Shown: in pieces, positions 7,760 to 14,783 of the stretch | Position numbering within the stretch: the first letter of the stretch is position 1 | How the letters are laid out: every line of letters begins with the position of its first letter | From: a virus | Reading direction: 5' to 3' (one strand) | Virus record (IMG/VR): IMGVR_UViG_3300035193_000016 | Length of the DNA stretch: 38,378 nt | The notes under the pieces: model-generated | Database searches by the model: none | Told to the model about the DNA's origin: nothing | What the model saw: only the letters and a program-made list of their open reading frames with translations | Translations under genes and position numbers: made by a program

Positions 7760-7939
7760 ATGGAAAAGACAATGACGATCAGGTGCAAGGCATTCGACGG
7801 CGAAGGCGTCCGCACAAATCGCGTGATGGTGGACGACGACGGCACCGTGCGTGTGTACGACAGCGTCGCGGGCTACTACACGACGTGTCACTCGCTCAGT
7901 GAGCGCACGATGCGGCGCATCCGAGCGATGAGTCGGTAG
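7760..7939 (+). CDS. small hypothetical protein (59 aa; absent from the ORF track)
   Basis: GGAGGA at 7747-7752 precedes the ATG at 7760. My translation is MEKTMTIRCKAFDGEGVRTNRVMVDDDGTVRVYDSVAGYYTTCHSLSERTMRRIRAMSR*, followed by a GC hairpin at 7948-7965. Confidence 0.6.
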   Translation: MEKTMTIRCKAFDGEGVRTNRVMVDDDGTVRVYDSVAGYYTTCHSLSERTMRRIRAMSR

Positions 7940-8007
7940 CAGAGGGGCGGGGGCTACGGCCCCCGGTAATGCACAAGCCGGTCCCAAGTCCGGCAGAGGA
8001 GTGAGAG

Positions 8008-8268
8008 ATGAGGTACAGAGTCGAGAAATACGCAGCTGACGGTCGTGGAGGCGCTGAGGACGAGTACGTCATCGGCGAGACGAGCAACATCTGCGAAGCG
8101 CGAGCGATGGTAAGATCGGAGCTCGGTCTCCAGAGACTCAGCGCACGACGGCGATGGAGCGGTTCCGGAGGAATCGACTCGGACGGCGAGCCGATCCTAG
8201 CGGTGGAGGCGTATCATGACTCGCTCACCGAGATCGGATGCGGTGGAGTCGTGATTGTAGAGGCATGA
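8008..8268 (+). CDS. hypothetical protein
   Basis: 86-aa ORF with GAGGAG upstream. Confidence 0.55.
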   Translation: MRYRVEKYAADGRGGAEDEYVIGETSNICEARAMVRSELGLQRLSARRRWSGSGGIDSDGEPILAVEAYHDSLTEIGCGGVVIVEA

Positions 8269-8385
8269 CGGCAACGGTTACTGCATCACCTGCGGAGCCG
8301 ATGGCCGAGCGTAGGGCAAGGCCGAGCCCCGTGAAACCCGGGGCCGCCCCGAAAGGGGCGCGGCGCTCAACCTACGGAGGATCAG

Positions 8386-8598
8386 ATGATGAACGAAACC
8401 GACACACAAATCAGACTACGCAGAGCCAAAGAGGCTCTTGCGGCCGCAAGAGAGGCTGAGTCGAGAGCAATCACCGCGCGATCCGAAGCCGCAGAAACAA
8501 GGCGAAGAGCAAAGGAGAGATACGACGAACTGTTTCTCAGGGAGGTACAGGAAGAGTACACCCGACGGATGGCTAACTATAGGCACGCGACGAAGTAG
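8386..8598 (+). CDS. hypothetical coiled-coil protein
   Basis: 70-aa ORF with GGAGGA 6 nt upstream. Charged helical sequence. Confidence 0.55.
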   Translation: MMNETDTQIRLRRAKEALAAAREAESRAITARSEAAETRRRAKERYDELFLREVQEEYTRRMANYRHATK

Positions 8599-8614
8599 CG
8601 TGGCGCTCAACCTG

Positions 8615-8648
8615 CAGACGTACCGGCCCGTGGGTAGACCGGATGGAG
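8615..8648 (+). promoter_or_regulatory. 34-bp conserved leader/boundary element, copy A (31/34 identical to 36362-36395)
   Basis: cagacgtaccggcccgtgggtagaccggatggag ends 6 nt before the ATG at 8655. Its terminal GGAG serves as the SD. Confidence 0.6.
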
Positions 8649-8654
8649 GGAAAG

Positions 8655-8954
8655 ATGCTGAAGATCAAACGAGCCTACTATGATCAGATCGAGATGAAAT
8701 CGGAAGGACGACAAGGTTATTTCCACGTCTACGACGACGGCCTCCAGCTTGACCATGGATTCCGCTACAAGCGAGATGCCGTGCGGTTCCGCGAAATAGT
8801 AGAGGACAAGGGTATCTCGGCTGCGTTGGCGTGGGAGCTTGATGGATCAATTGACTTGTCGTCATTTCCGCGCGAGTCAGAAATTCAGTACGATCAAGAG
8901 GTCATCGAGCGAGGCGAACGCCTACGCGCGGAACTCGATGCTGCCGGTCTGTAG
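8655..8954 (+). CDS. hypothetical protein
   Basis: ATG at 8655 is preceded by GGAGGG. The ORF track starts it 12 nt earlier, at 8643. Confidence 0.6.
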   Translation: MLKIKRAYYDQIEMKSEGRQGYFHVYDDGLQLDHGFRYKRDAVRFREIVEDKGISAALAWELDGSIDLSSFPRESEIQYDQEVIERGERLRAELDAAGL

Positions 8955-8971
8955 ACCGGCAAGGAGACACC

Positions 8972-9127
8972 ATGACCCTCTACGTATACGAGATCAAGAC
9001 AAACAAGCCAATAGTAGAGATCGACATGCCGACTCAGCAACAGTGTGAGGCCATCGTCCGTAAACTCGGACTCGACGCCGAGGAGTATGGCGTGAGCATG
9101 TTCGCTGACAAGGAGGCATCCAGATGA
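8972..9127 (+). CDS. small hypothetical protein (51 aa; absent from the ORF track)
   Basis: AAGGAG at 8961-8966 precedes the ATG at 8972. My translation is MTLYVYEIKTNKPIVEIDMPTQQQCEAIVRKLGLDAEEYGVSMFADKEASR*. The stop overlaps the next start (ATGA). Confidence 0.55.
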   Translation: MTLYVYEIKTNKPIVEIDMPTQQQCEAIVRKLGLDAEEYGVSMFADKEASR

Positions 9128-9324
9128 CAATCGACCGACCACGACAGTGGATCAAGGAACATGGCCTCAAACAACGTGAAGCTGCTCTCATCTGCGGCGT
9201 AACCGAGAGGACTGTGCGTAACTGGTGTGCCAATAAGCCTCCTATGCCGGTGACCGCTCAACGGCTCATGCTCGTATGGTCAGGCGACATGAGCCGTGAC
9301 GAGCTCGACGAGCTGAGGAGATAA
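9124..9324 (+). CDS. helix-turn-helix DNA-binding protein
   Basis: LKQREAALICGVTERTVRNWCAN is a typical HTH segment. 66 aa. Confidence 0.6.
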   Translation: MTIDRPRQWIKEHGLKQREAALICGVTERTVRNWCANKPPMPVTAQRLMLVWSGDMSRDELDELRR

Positions 9325-9396
9325 CATGTTGGAGTCAACCCCATATATGTGGCCGCTGATCGAGCTACTAATCAACCGAGAGCGAGGTGTGTGAGA

Positions 9397-10209
9397 ATGA
9401 GGTATTTGGTCACGGGCGGAACCGGCAGCTTTGGGAGCCGATTTGTTGAACGAGTCATTACGGACGGGCACGAAGCGATAGTGTTTTCGAGGGATGAGCT
9501 CAAGCAGTATGAGATGCGAAAACGCATCACCGGTGCCGAATATGTGATTGGCGATGTTCGCGATAACGCAGCTTTGGAGGAAACCATTAGTCGACGTCGA
9601 TGCAACCGTGTCGTCCACGCCGCAGCACTGAAGCATGTACACACCGGCGAGACTCAGCCATGGGAGTCGGTTAAGACGAATATCATCGGCACGAAAAACG
9701 TAGTTGATGTCTGTGATGATTGGGGATGCGAGCTTGTGTTTCTGTCTACCGACAAGGCCGTTGAACCGGTAAATCTTTACGGCGCAACGAAAATGATAGC
9801 CGAGAGAATCATTCTTGATGCCGGCCAACGGGTTGTAAGGTATGGCAACGTGTTCGGGTCTCGCGGCTCGGTGCTCCACGTATTCGATACGCAGAAGCGG
9901 GACGGCGTGTTTACTATTACCGATCAGCGTATGACGCGGTTTGTGATTACGCTCGATGAGGCGGTTGATTTTGTTCTCAATGCATTCGAAGGCAATACGG
10001 GAACCGTTAGCATCCCAGTTCTTCGGGCTATTCGCATTGTTGATCTTGCAAGAGCTTTCGACCCAACCGCTGAGATACGAGAGATAGGCGTGCAGCCTGG
10101 CGAAAAACTGGCCGAGGTGCTTGGGGATGGTCAGCGATCTGACGAGGCGCCGCTGTTATCGGTTGATGAGATTCGGGAGCTGATCAATGAAACCCTACAC
10201 GATCGTTGA
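9397..10209 (+). CDS. pseB: UDP-GlcNAc 4,6-dehydratase (PseB/FlaA1/CapD family)
   Basis: YLVTGGTGSFG, SRDELKQYEM, IGDVRD, HAAALKHV, KTNIIGTKNV, LSTDKAVEPVNLYGATK, VRYGNVFGSRGSV, ITDQRMTRFVITLDEAV and PGEKLAEV are collinear with FlaA1/PseB motifs as I recall them. ATG at 9397 lies in frame within track ORF 9349... Confidence 0.85.
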   Translation: MRYLVTGGTGSFGSRFVERVITDGHEAIVFSRDELKQYEMRKRITGAEYVIGDVRDNAALEETISRRRCNRVVHAAALKHVHTGETQPWESVKTNIIGTKNVVDVCDDWGCELVFLSTDKAVEPVNLYGATKMIAERIILDAGQRVVRYGNVFGSRGSVLHVFDTQKRDGVFTITDQRMTRFVITLDEAVDFVLNAFEGNTGTVSIPVLRAIRIVDLARAFDPTAEIREIGVQPGEKLAEVLGDGQRSDEAPLLSVDEIRELINETLHDR

Positions 10210-10780
10210 CGCCTTCGAGGAGCGGGTCGCCGAGTATGCCGGAGCTAAGTATGGCGTAGGGGTCAATAGCTGCACCTCTGCAATTATGCTCTCTGCAAAG
10301 TATCGATTTATGCATCGCTACCACACGAGGGCATATCTACCGAGCAGGACGTATGTTGGAGTACCAAACGCGATTATTGCCGCTGGTGGTGAAGTAAATT
10401 TTAAGGACTTTCAATGGTCTGGATGGTACCAGATTCTCCCTCTCGGCATTATCGATAGTGCCCGCAGATTTAGGAAAGGAATGTACAAAGACGGCACGCT
10501 CTATTGCATTTCTTTCCATTGGGGTAAGCATCTCAAAATAGGCACTGGGGGTATGGTTCTTACCGACGATGAGGAGGCATGGAAGGAGTTGAAACGGCTC
10601 AGACATGACGGGAGGACACCGACAATTCACCCGAAACGTGATACAATTGGTTTTGGTTGGCACGTCGGAATGGCTCCAGAAGATGCGGCGAAAGGGCTCA
10701 TGCTCATGCAATATATGCCTGACTACAACGAAGACATTCCATGGGATGACTATCCAGATTGCTCGAGGATATTTTTATGA
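10187..10780 (+). CDS. DegT/DnrJ/EryC1-type PLP sugar aminotransferase, strongly shortened (PseC/LegC-like)
   Basis: FEERVAEYAGAKYGVGVNSCTSAI, IIDSARRF and ISFHWGKHLKIGTGGMVLTDD (PLP-lysine motif SFHxxK) are present. The protein is only 197 aa. Confidence 0.7.
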   Translation: MKPYTIVDAFEERVAEYAGAKYGVGVNSCTSAIMLSAKYRFMHRYHTRAYLPSRTYVGVPNAIIAAGGEVNFKDFQWSGWYQILPLGIIDSARRFRKGMYKDGTLYCISFHWGKHLKIGTGGMVLTDDEEAWKELKRLRHDGRTPTIHPKRDTIGFGWHVGMAPEDAAKGLMLMQYMPDYNEDIPWDDYPDCSRIFL

Positions 10781-10992
10781 GTTGGATAGATGATTCTGTA
10801 TCAAAGGCAATGATTCGAGACACGAAAAAGAAGCTTAAGGCAACCATCATTGATCAATACAACAGACTGATTGAATGCGAATACGATCGCGACGAAGCGG
10901 TAGCGGCAATCAAGGGGCAGATACTGACGATATCACCAGAGCATTGGCCACTTGTAGAACTATGGCTGTCGAAAAAGGAGCGAGGGGAATGA
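10777..10992 (+). CDS. hypothetical 71-aa protein inside the sugar cassette
   Basis: ATG at 10777 overlaps the upstream TGA. No family recognised. Confidence 0.5.
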   Translation: MSWIDDSVSKAMIRDTKKKLKATIIDQYNRLIECEYDRDEAVAAIKGQILTISPEHWPLVELWLSKKERGE

Positions 10993-11591
10993 GTCAATTC
11001 ATTATTGAGTTAGGTTCGGCAAACGAACATCACAACGACATTGGATATCTGCGCGACATGATTGATGCGGTGATCGACTGCGATACAGGCAAGCACAGCA
11101 TTGTCATGAAGCATCAGCTATTCGAGCATGCCGGTGGGAACGAACCGCTCTTGTGGCGCACGTTTGCATGGGCATATGGCTATGCGTGTGAGCGAGGATA
11201 CCCAACAACGGCCAGCGTGTTCGACATCACCTCACTCCATTTCCTTGAACGATTTGACGTGCCGTTTGTCAAGATCGCTTGCGTCCCAAAGCTGTACTGG
11301 CTTGCTCGCAAGACTGACCGTCACGTGTACTTGAGCGTCAATGGCACGTATCCCGAGATAGAAGGCGAGACACACCTTGCATGCGTGCGAAGCTACCCGG
11401 CAGACGCCGCGCAGTACGTGCACAACTTCAGCTCGCTCAAGGTCATCTCAGACCACACCGAAGGCTGGGGCCTTTACAAAAGGTACTTGCCTGTTATCAT
11501 TGAGAAGCACTTTTGCCTCAAACGATCTTCCGACAATCCCGATTCTGGACCGTTCGCGGTTACGCCGAAAGAGCTTGCGGAGGTACTGTGA
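10989..11591 (+). CDS. NeuB/PseI/LegI-type nonulosonic acid synthase, minimal (no SAF domain)
   Basis: IIELGSANEHH, VMKHQLF, FVKIACVP, YLSVNG, ISDHTEGWG and IIEKHFCLKRSSDNPDSGPFAVTPKEL are collinear with NeuB-family motifs. 200 aa. Confidence 0.7.
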   Translation: MSQFIIELGSANEHHNDIGYLRDMIDAVIDCDTGKHSIVMKHQLFEHAGGNEPLLWRTFAWAYGYACERGYPTTASVFDITSLHFLERFDVPFVKIACVPKLYWLARKTDRHVYLSVNGTYPEIEGETHLACVRSYPADAAQYVHNFSSLKVISDHTEGWGLYKRYLPVIIEKHFCLKRSSDNPDSGPFAVTPKELAEVL

Positions 11592-12103
11592 TGAGGATTG
11601 CATTTTGCACCAACAACGAAAACACTCATCCTACCGCACGTTGGCTGCACACCGTCGCCGATGTGGCGATCTATGACGACCATAAGTTGATAGATGATTG
11701 CGACCTGATCGTGAGCTATAACTATCGCTACATTGTTCCAGCAAAGCTGCTGAACAAGTACCCGGCAATCAATCTGCACATGAGTCTGTTGCCGTGGAAT
11801 CGCGGAGCACATCCGATCGTGTGGGCCGCGCGTGAAGGGACTCCGTTCGGCGTCACGATCCACGAGATGACTCCAGCGCTTGATCGAGGGAACATCATCG
11901 CTCAGAGAGAGATACAGATACCCAAAACGTACACGCTCAAACAGGCATATCAACGACACCAAGACGAGATGCTGACGCTGTTGCAGAATACGTGGCAGAG
12001 TATTGTGCAAATGGTCGGGAGTTACCACCATACCGGCCAACTCGGTGATCTCTCAAATGGCTGGGATACTACCATCGAGGAGGTTCGCAATGCTCCGGCT
12101 TGA
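11591..12103 (+). CDS. formyltransferase (Formyl_trans_N-type; sugar N-formyltransferase candidate)
   Basis: IVSYNYRYIVP ... NLHMSLLPWNRGAHPIVWA ... GVTIHEMTPALDRGNII matches the HxSLLPxxRG signature. 170 aa, covering the N-domain only. Confidence 0.7.
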   Translation: MRIAFCTNNENTHPTARWLHTVADVAIYDDHKLIDDCDLIVSYNYRYIVPAKLLNKYPAINLHMSLLPWNRGAHPIVWAAREGTPFGVTIHEMTPALDRGNIIAQREIQIPKTYTLKQAYQRHQDEMLTLLQNTWQSIVQMVGSYHHTGQLGDLSNGWDTTIEEVRNAPA

Positions 12104-12569
12104 ACCACTGAAGCTTGTTCATGCGCTCATGGCGCTTGAGTGGCGTGCAGAGCAGCCGAATTGCCTGAGAACAAGATATCAGATATCAGAAGATGAGCAG
12201 GTGAATTGGTGGAAACAACATCGACAATGGTGGTTTACCATAACGGATGATGGAACACCCATTGGATACACCGGGTTTGGAAGCTTCGGTACCATGCCCG
12301 AGCTGTCGTTTTTGATCACAAAATCAGCATGGGACATCTGGCAAGAGGCATTTGATCTTGTAATCCATAAAGGGATCAAAGCCGACTTTTTCGTCGCCGA
12401 AGTGTACCTTGATTCTGAGACATTGGCGGAATGGACACTTGCCGCACGGCGCTATTCCGCTGGTTCGGTGATTTTTCCAAGGCGAAAAAAAACAAGCGGC
12501 GGCGATTTTGTGGATTCGCTGCTGATTGTATTTAACGGGGAATCATTCGAGGAGAAAGCCGATGCGTAA
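12090..12569 (+). CDS. GNAT-like N-acetyltransferase (PseH-like candidate)
   Basis: MLRLEPL...LEWRAEQPNCLRTRYQISEDEQVNWW resembles the N-terminus of PseH/GNAT proteins. GAGGAGG upstream. The call rests mainly on context. Confidence 0.5.
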   Translation: MLRLEPLKLVHALMALEWRAEQPNCLRTRYQISEDEQVNWWKQHRQWWFTITDDGTPIGYTGFGSFGTMPELSFLITKSAWDIWQEAFDLVIHKGIKADFFVAEVYLDSETLAEWTLAARRYSAGSVIFPRRKKTSGGDFVDSLLIVFNGESFEEKADA

Positions 12570-13176
12570 CGTCTGTATCATCCCGGCGCGGAAAGGATCG
12601 AAGCGGCTGCCTGGGAAGAACCGAATCGAGTTTTTCGGCCGGCCGATTATTCAGAACCCGATAGATGCCGCTGTATCATCCGGATTGTTTGAGCGGATCG
12701 AAGTATCTACCGACGATGAAGCCATGCGCAACATCGTGTTTCCACCCGCTGTGATAAACTGGAGATCGCCCGAGCTCTGTGCCGATGATGTTCCCGATAT
12801 CGATGTTGTGCGTCACTATTGTGACCGACACCGGGATGCAACGTATCTATGTTATCTGTATGCCACCGCTGCGCTTGTGACGCCGGCGCAATTGCTTCGT
12901 GGTCTATCACTGTTGAGGCGATCCGGCGTTGTGAGTACATACTGTTGCGTCGGTCATTCAACTGCCGATGTCGGACAATTTTACTGGTTTGATGTCGCGG
13001 CGATGATATCCAACAAGCTCCAAACCCAAATTGGATTAGTGCTTGACGATCTAGAATGCCAGGACATCAATACTGCCGACGATCTGTGGATTGCTGAACA
13101 GAAGTTGCGGGCGACTCGGAACTACATCACGCTCAAAACACGCGAAGTATCAGATCAGGAAAGTGGGCTGAAGTAA
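12562..13176 (+). CDS. CMP-nonulosonic acid cytidylyltransferase (NeuA/PseF/LegF family)
   Basis: The N-terminal CIIPARKGSKRLPGKN signature is followed by IEVSTDD. GGAGAAAG upstream. Confidence 0.8.
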   Translation: MRNVCIIPARKGSKRLPGKNRIEFFGRPIIQNPIDAAVSSGLFERIEVSTDDEAMRNIVFPPAVINWRSPELCADDVPDIDVVRHYCDRHRDATYLCYLYATAALVTPAQLLRGLSLLRRSGVVSTYCCVGHSTADVGQFYWFDVAAMISNKLQTQIGLVLDDLECQDINTADDLWIAEQKLRATRNYITLKTREVSDQESGLK

Positions 13177-13201
13177 CTGAAATGGAAGGGCGTGATGAGC
13201 G

Positions 13202-13230
13202 TTGACGAAACGGCGCGAATCGGCTAAAAT
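13202..13230 (+). promoter_or_regulatory. sigma70-type promoter (TTGACG - 17 bp - TAAAAT)
   Basis: -35 at 13202-13207 and -10 at 13225-13230 with an exact 17-bp spacer. The next gene's ATG at 13240 is only 10 nt past the -10, and no SD is present. Confidence 0.6.
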
Positions 13231-13239
13231 TGGTATGAA

Positions 13240-14031
13240 ATGGATGAATTTAGGCGGTTATCGCGCCAAATACAGGATATACAGGGCCATAAACGGCTAT
13301 TTTTGGCCTATTCCACGGGCGCCGATGCCACCGCTGCGTGGCTGAGATGTATCGAATCTGACGAATGGGACCCATCCGAGGCCGTACTATACTACTATTA
13401 CCACACGCCTATGTCGTGGACGTGGGAGTACCTTGACTGGTTTGAGGACCATTTTGGCGTCAAGGTAGAACGTGTCCCATCCCACTTGTGCCTTGAATCG
13501 TTAGCGAATTGGTATTTTCAGACACCGGCCAGAGTCGAGGCCATTGTCGAGCTCGCGAAAACACCCCAACACTTCGGGGCGCTCACAAAACAACAGATAC
13601 AGAGGTTTACGGCGTACTGGGCCGGACTGCCGGATACAACGCTTGTCGCACTCGGCGTCAAACAGGGCGACTCCCCAATGCGACGAAAAGCCATGCGCCA
13701 GACTCAGGGGATTAGCCGCAAACAAGGGAAATGGTACCCGATTTGGGACTTTGAAAATCGAGACGCCATTGAGCTCCTGAAGCGGCATAATTGCAAAGTC
13801 CCATATGACTACGAGCTATTCGGAATTACCTTCGAACAACTTGACTACCGCTTTTCAAAAGTGTTGAAAGAACAGTGCCCGAACAATTGGGCGCGCGTGC
13901 TTGATCGATTCCCAATGGCGGAGACGATCATTTCAAGGAGGGAGTACTATCATCCCGATTGGCCGTTGAGGAAGGGCGTGATGTACAAGAAATTCGGCGA
14001 TCTGGTGCTACAGCCAAAGGATCCACTATGA
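13240..14031 (+). CDS. PAPS reductase-like / PP-loop ATPase superfamily protein (degenerate P-loop)
   Basis: LAYSTGADATAA aligns with the SGGxDS PP-loop, VALGVKQGDSPMRRKAMRQ with the GxRxxES-R region, and YPIWDFENRDAIELLKRHNCKVPYDYELF with the P-x-x-W...Y motif region. Confidence 0.5.
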   Translation: MDEFRRLSRQIQDIQGHKRLFLAYSTGADATAAWLRCIESDEWDPSEAVLYYYYHTPMSWTWEYLDWFEDHFGVKVERVPSHLCLESLANWYFQTPARVEAIVELAKTPQHFGALTKQQIQRFTAYWAGLPDTTLVALGVKQGDSPMRRKAMRQTQGISRKQGKWYPIWDFENRDAIELLKRHNCKVPYDYELFGITFEQLDYRFSKVLKEQCPNNWARVLDRFPMAETIISRREYYHPDWPLRKGVMYKKFGDLVLQPKDPL

Positions 14032-14366
14032 AAGACGTTGAAATAACCAACGTATCGATTGGTGATCTCACCGTTGGTGACCTTACCATCGGCGATGTGA
14101 GATCAGAACGCGAGAAAATGGAAGCCATAGACGACTTGACCAAAACGTGTACCGATGAGATAGGCGACCAACTCAAAAAGGTTCGGGCATACGAGCAGAA
14201 ATGGAAAGAGCAATGGGCCTTCGATGGTGAAGCCGGGTATTTCTTTTCCATCGTATTCCGATCAAAGGCGGAACGTGATGCGTTCCTCAAAAAACACCAC
14301 TTGCAACTTCGACATGATGACCATATCATGTATGAAGAGATGAACCACGTGTTCAAGGAGGAATGA
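14028..14366 (+). CDS. hypothetical protein
   Basis: ATG at 14028 overlaps the upstream TGA. 112 aa. Confidence 0.55.
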   Translation: MKDVEITNVSIGDLTVGDLTIGDVRSEREKMEAIDDLTKTCTDEIGDQLKKVRAYEQKWKEQWAFDGEAGYFFSIVFRSKAERDAFLKKHHLQLRHDDHIMYEEMNHVFKEE

Positions 14367-14426
14367 TATGCAAGGGCTTACGGCAAGTCGGCTACGAAGA
14401 GCAGGCAGCAGACTAACCAGCACCTG

Positions 14427-14783
14427 ATGCCTGGAGGACGACCGGTCAAGTACACTAAGAAGGTGGTCAAAGAACTTTTGGCCGCCTTCCTTGTGTACAT
14501 TGACGAACACGACATTCCAATCCTTGCCGAATTTGCATATCTCAATAAGATATCACGAAAACGGCTCTATGAATTCCCTGAGTTTTCGGACGCTATTGAG
14601 CTTTGTCGATGCAAAAAAGAGGCGAACCTTGAAAAAGGAGCCCTTACAAGGGCTATTGATCCAGGATTTGCCAAGTTCTCGCTTGGTCAACTTGGGTGGA
14701 GAGACGCCTATAGTATTGAGCATTCTGTTGATGATCCGCTCAGAGCGTTTGCCGAGGCGCTAAGCAAAGTTGTTTCGAGCTGA
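14427..14783 (+). CDS. terS: terminase small subunit
   Basis: MPGGRPVKYTKKVV... is an HTH-type N-terminus typical of small terminases. It sits immediately upstream of, and overlaps, the large subunit gene. Confidence 0.65.
   Translation: MPGGRPVKYTKKVVKELLAAFLVYIDEHDIPILAEFAYLNKISRKRLYEFPEFSDAIELCRCKKEANLEKGALTRAIDPGFAKFSLGQLGWRDAYSIEHSVDDPLRAFAEALSKVVSS

Noticed and set aside
8238-8459. 73-aa ORF (MRWSRDCRG...) bridging genes 8008-8268 and 8386-8598.
   Set aside because: It overlaps both better-supported genes out of frame, spans the GNRA hairpin, and has an Arg/Pro/Gly-rich composition typical of off-frame translation.
9325-9396. A dedicated promoter for the sugar cassette.
   Set aside because: I could find no -35/-10 pair with acceptable spacing. 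The cassette is more likely transcribed from the 7666 promoter.
9280-9879. 199-aa minus-strand ORF antisense to the dehydratase gene. Similar antisense ORFs occur at 295-750, 11474-12040, 23068-23697 and 24268-25089.
   Set aside because: Each lies fully antisense to a gene with strong family motifs, lacks a convincing SD, and has a composition typical of shadow ORFs in GC-moderate DNA.
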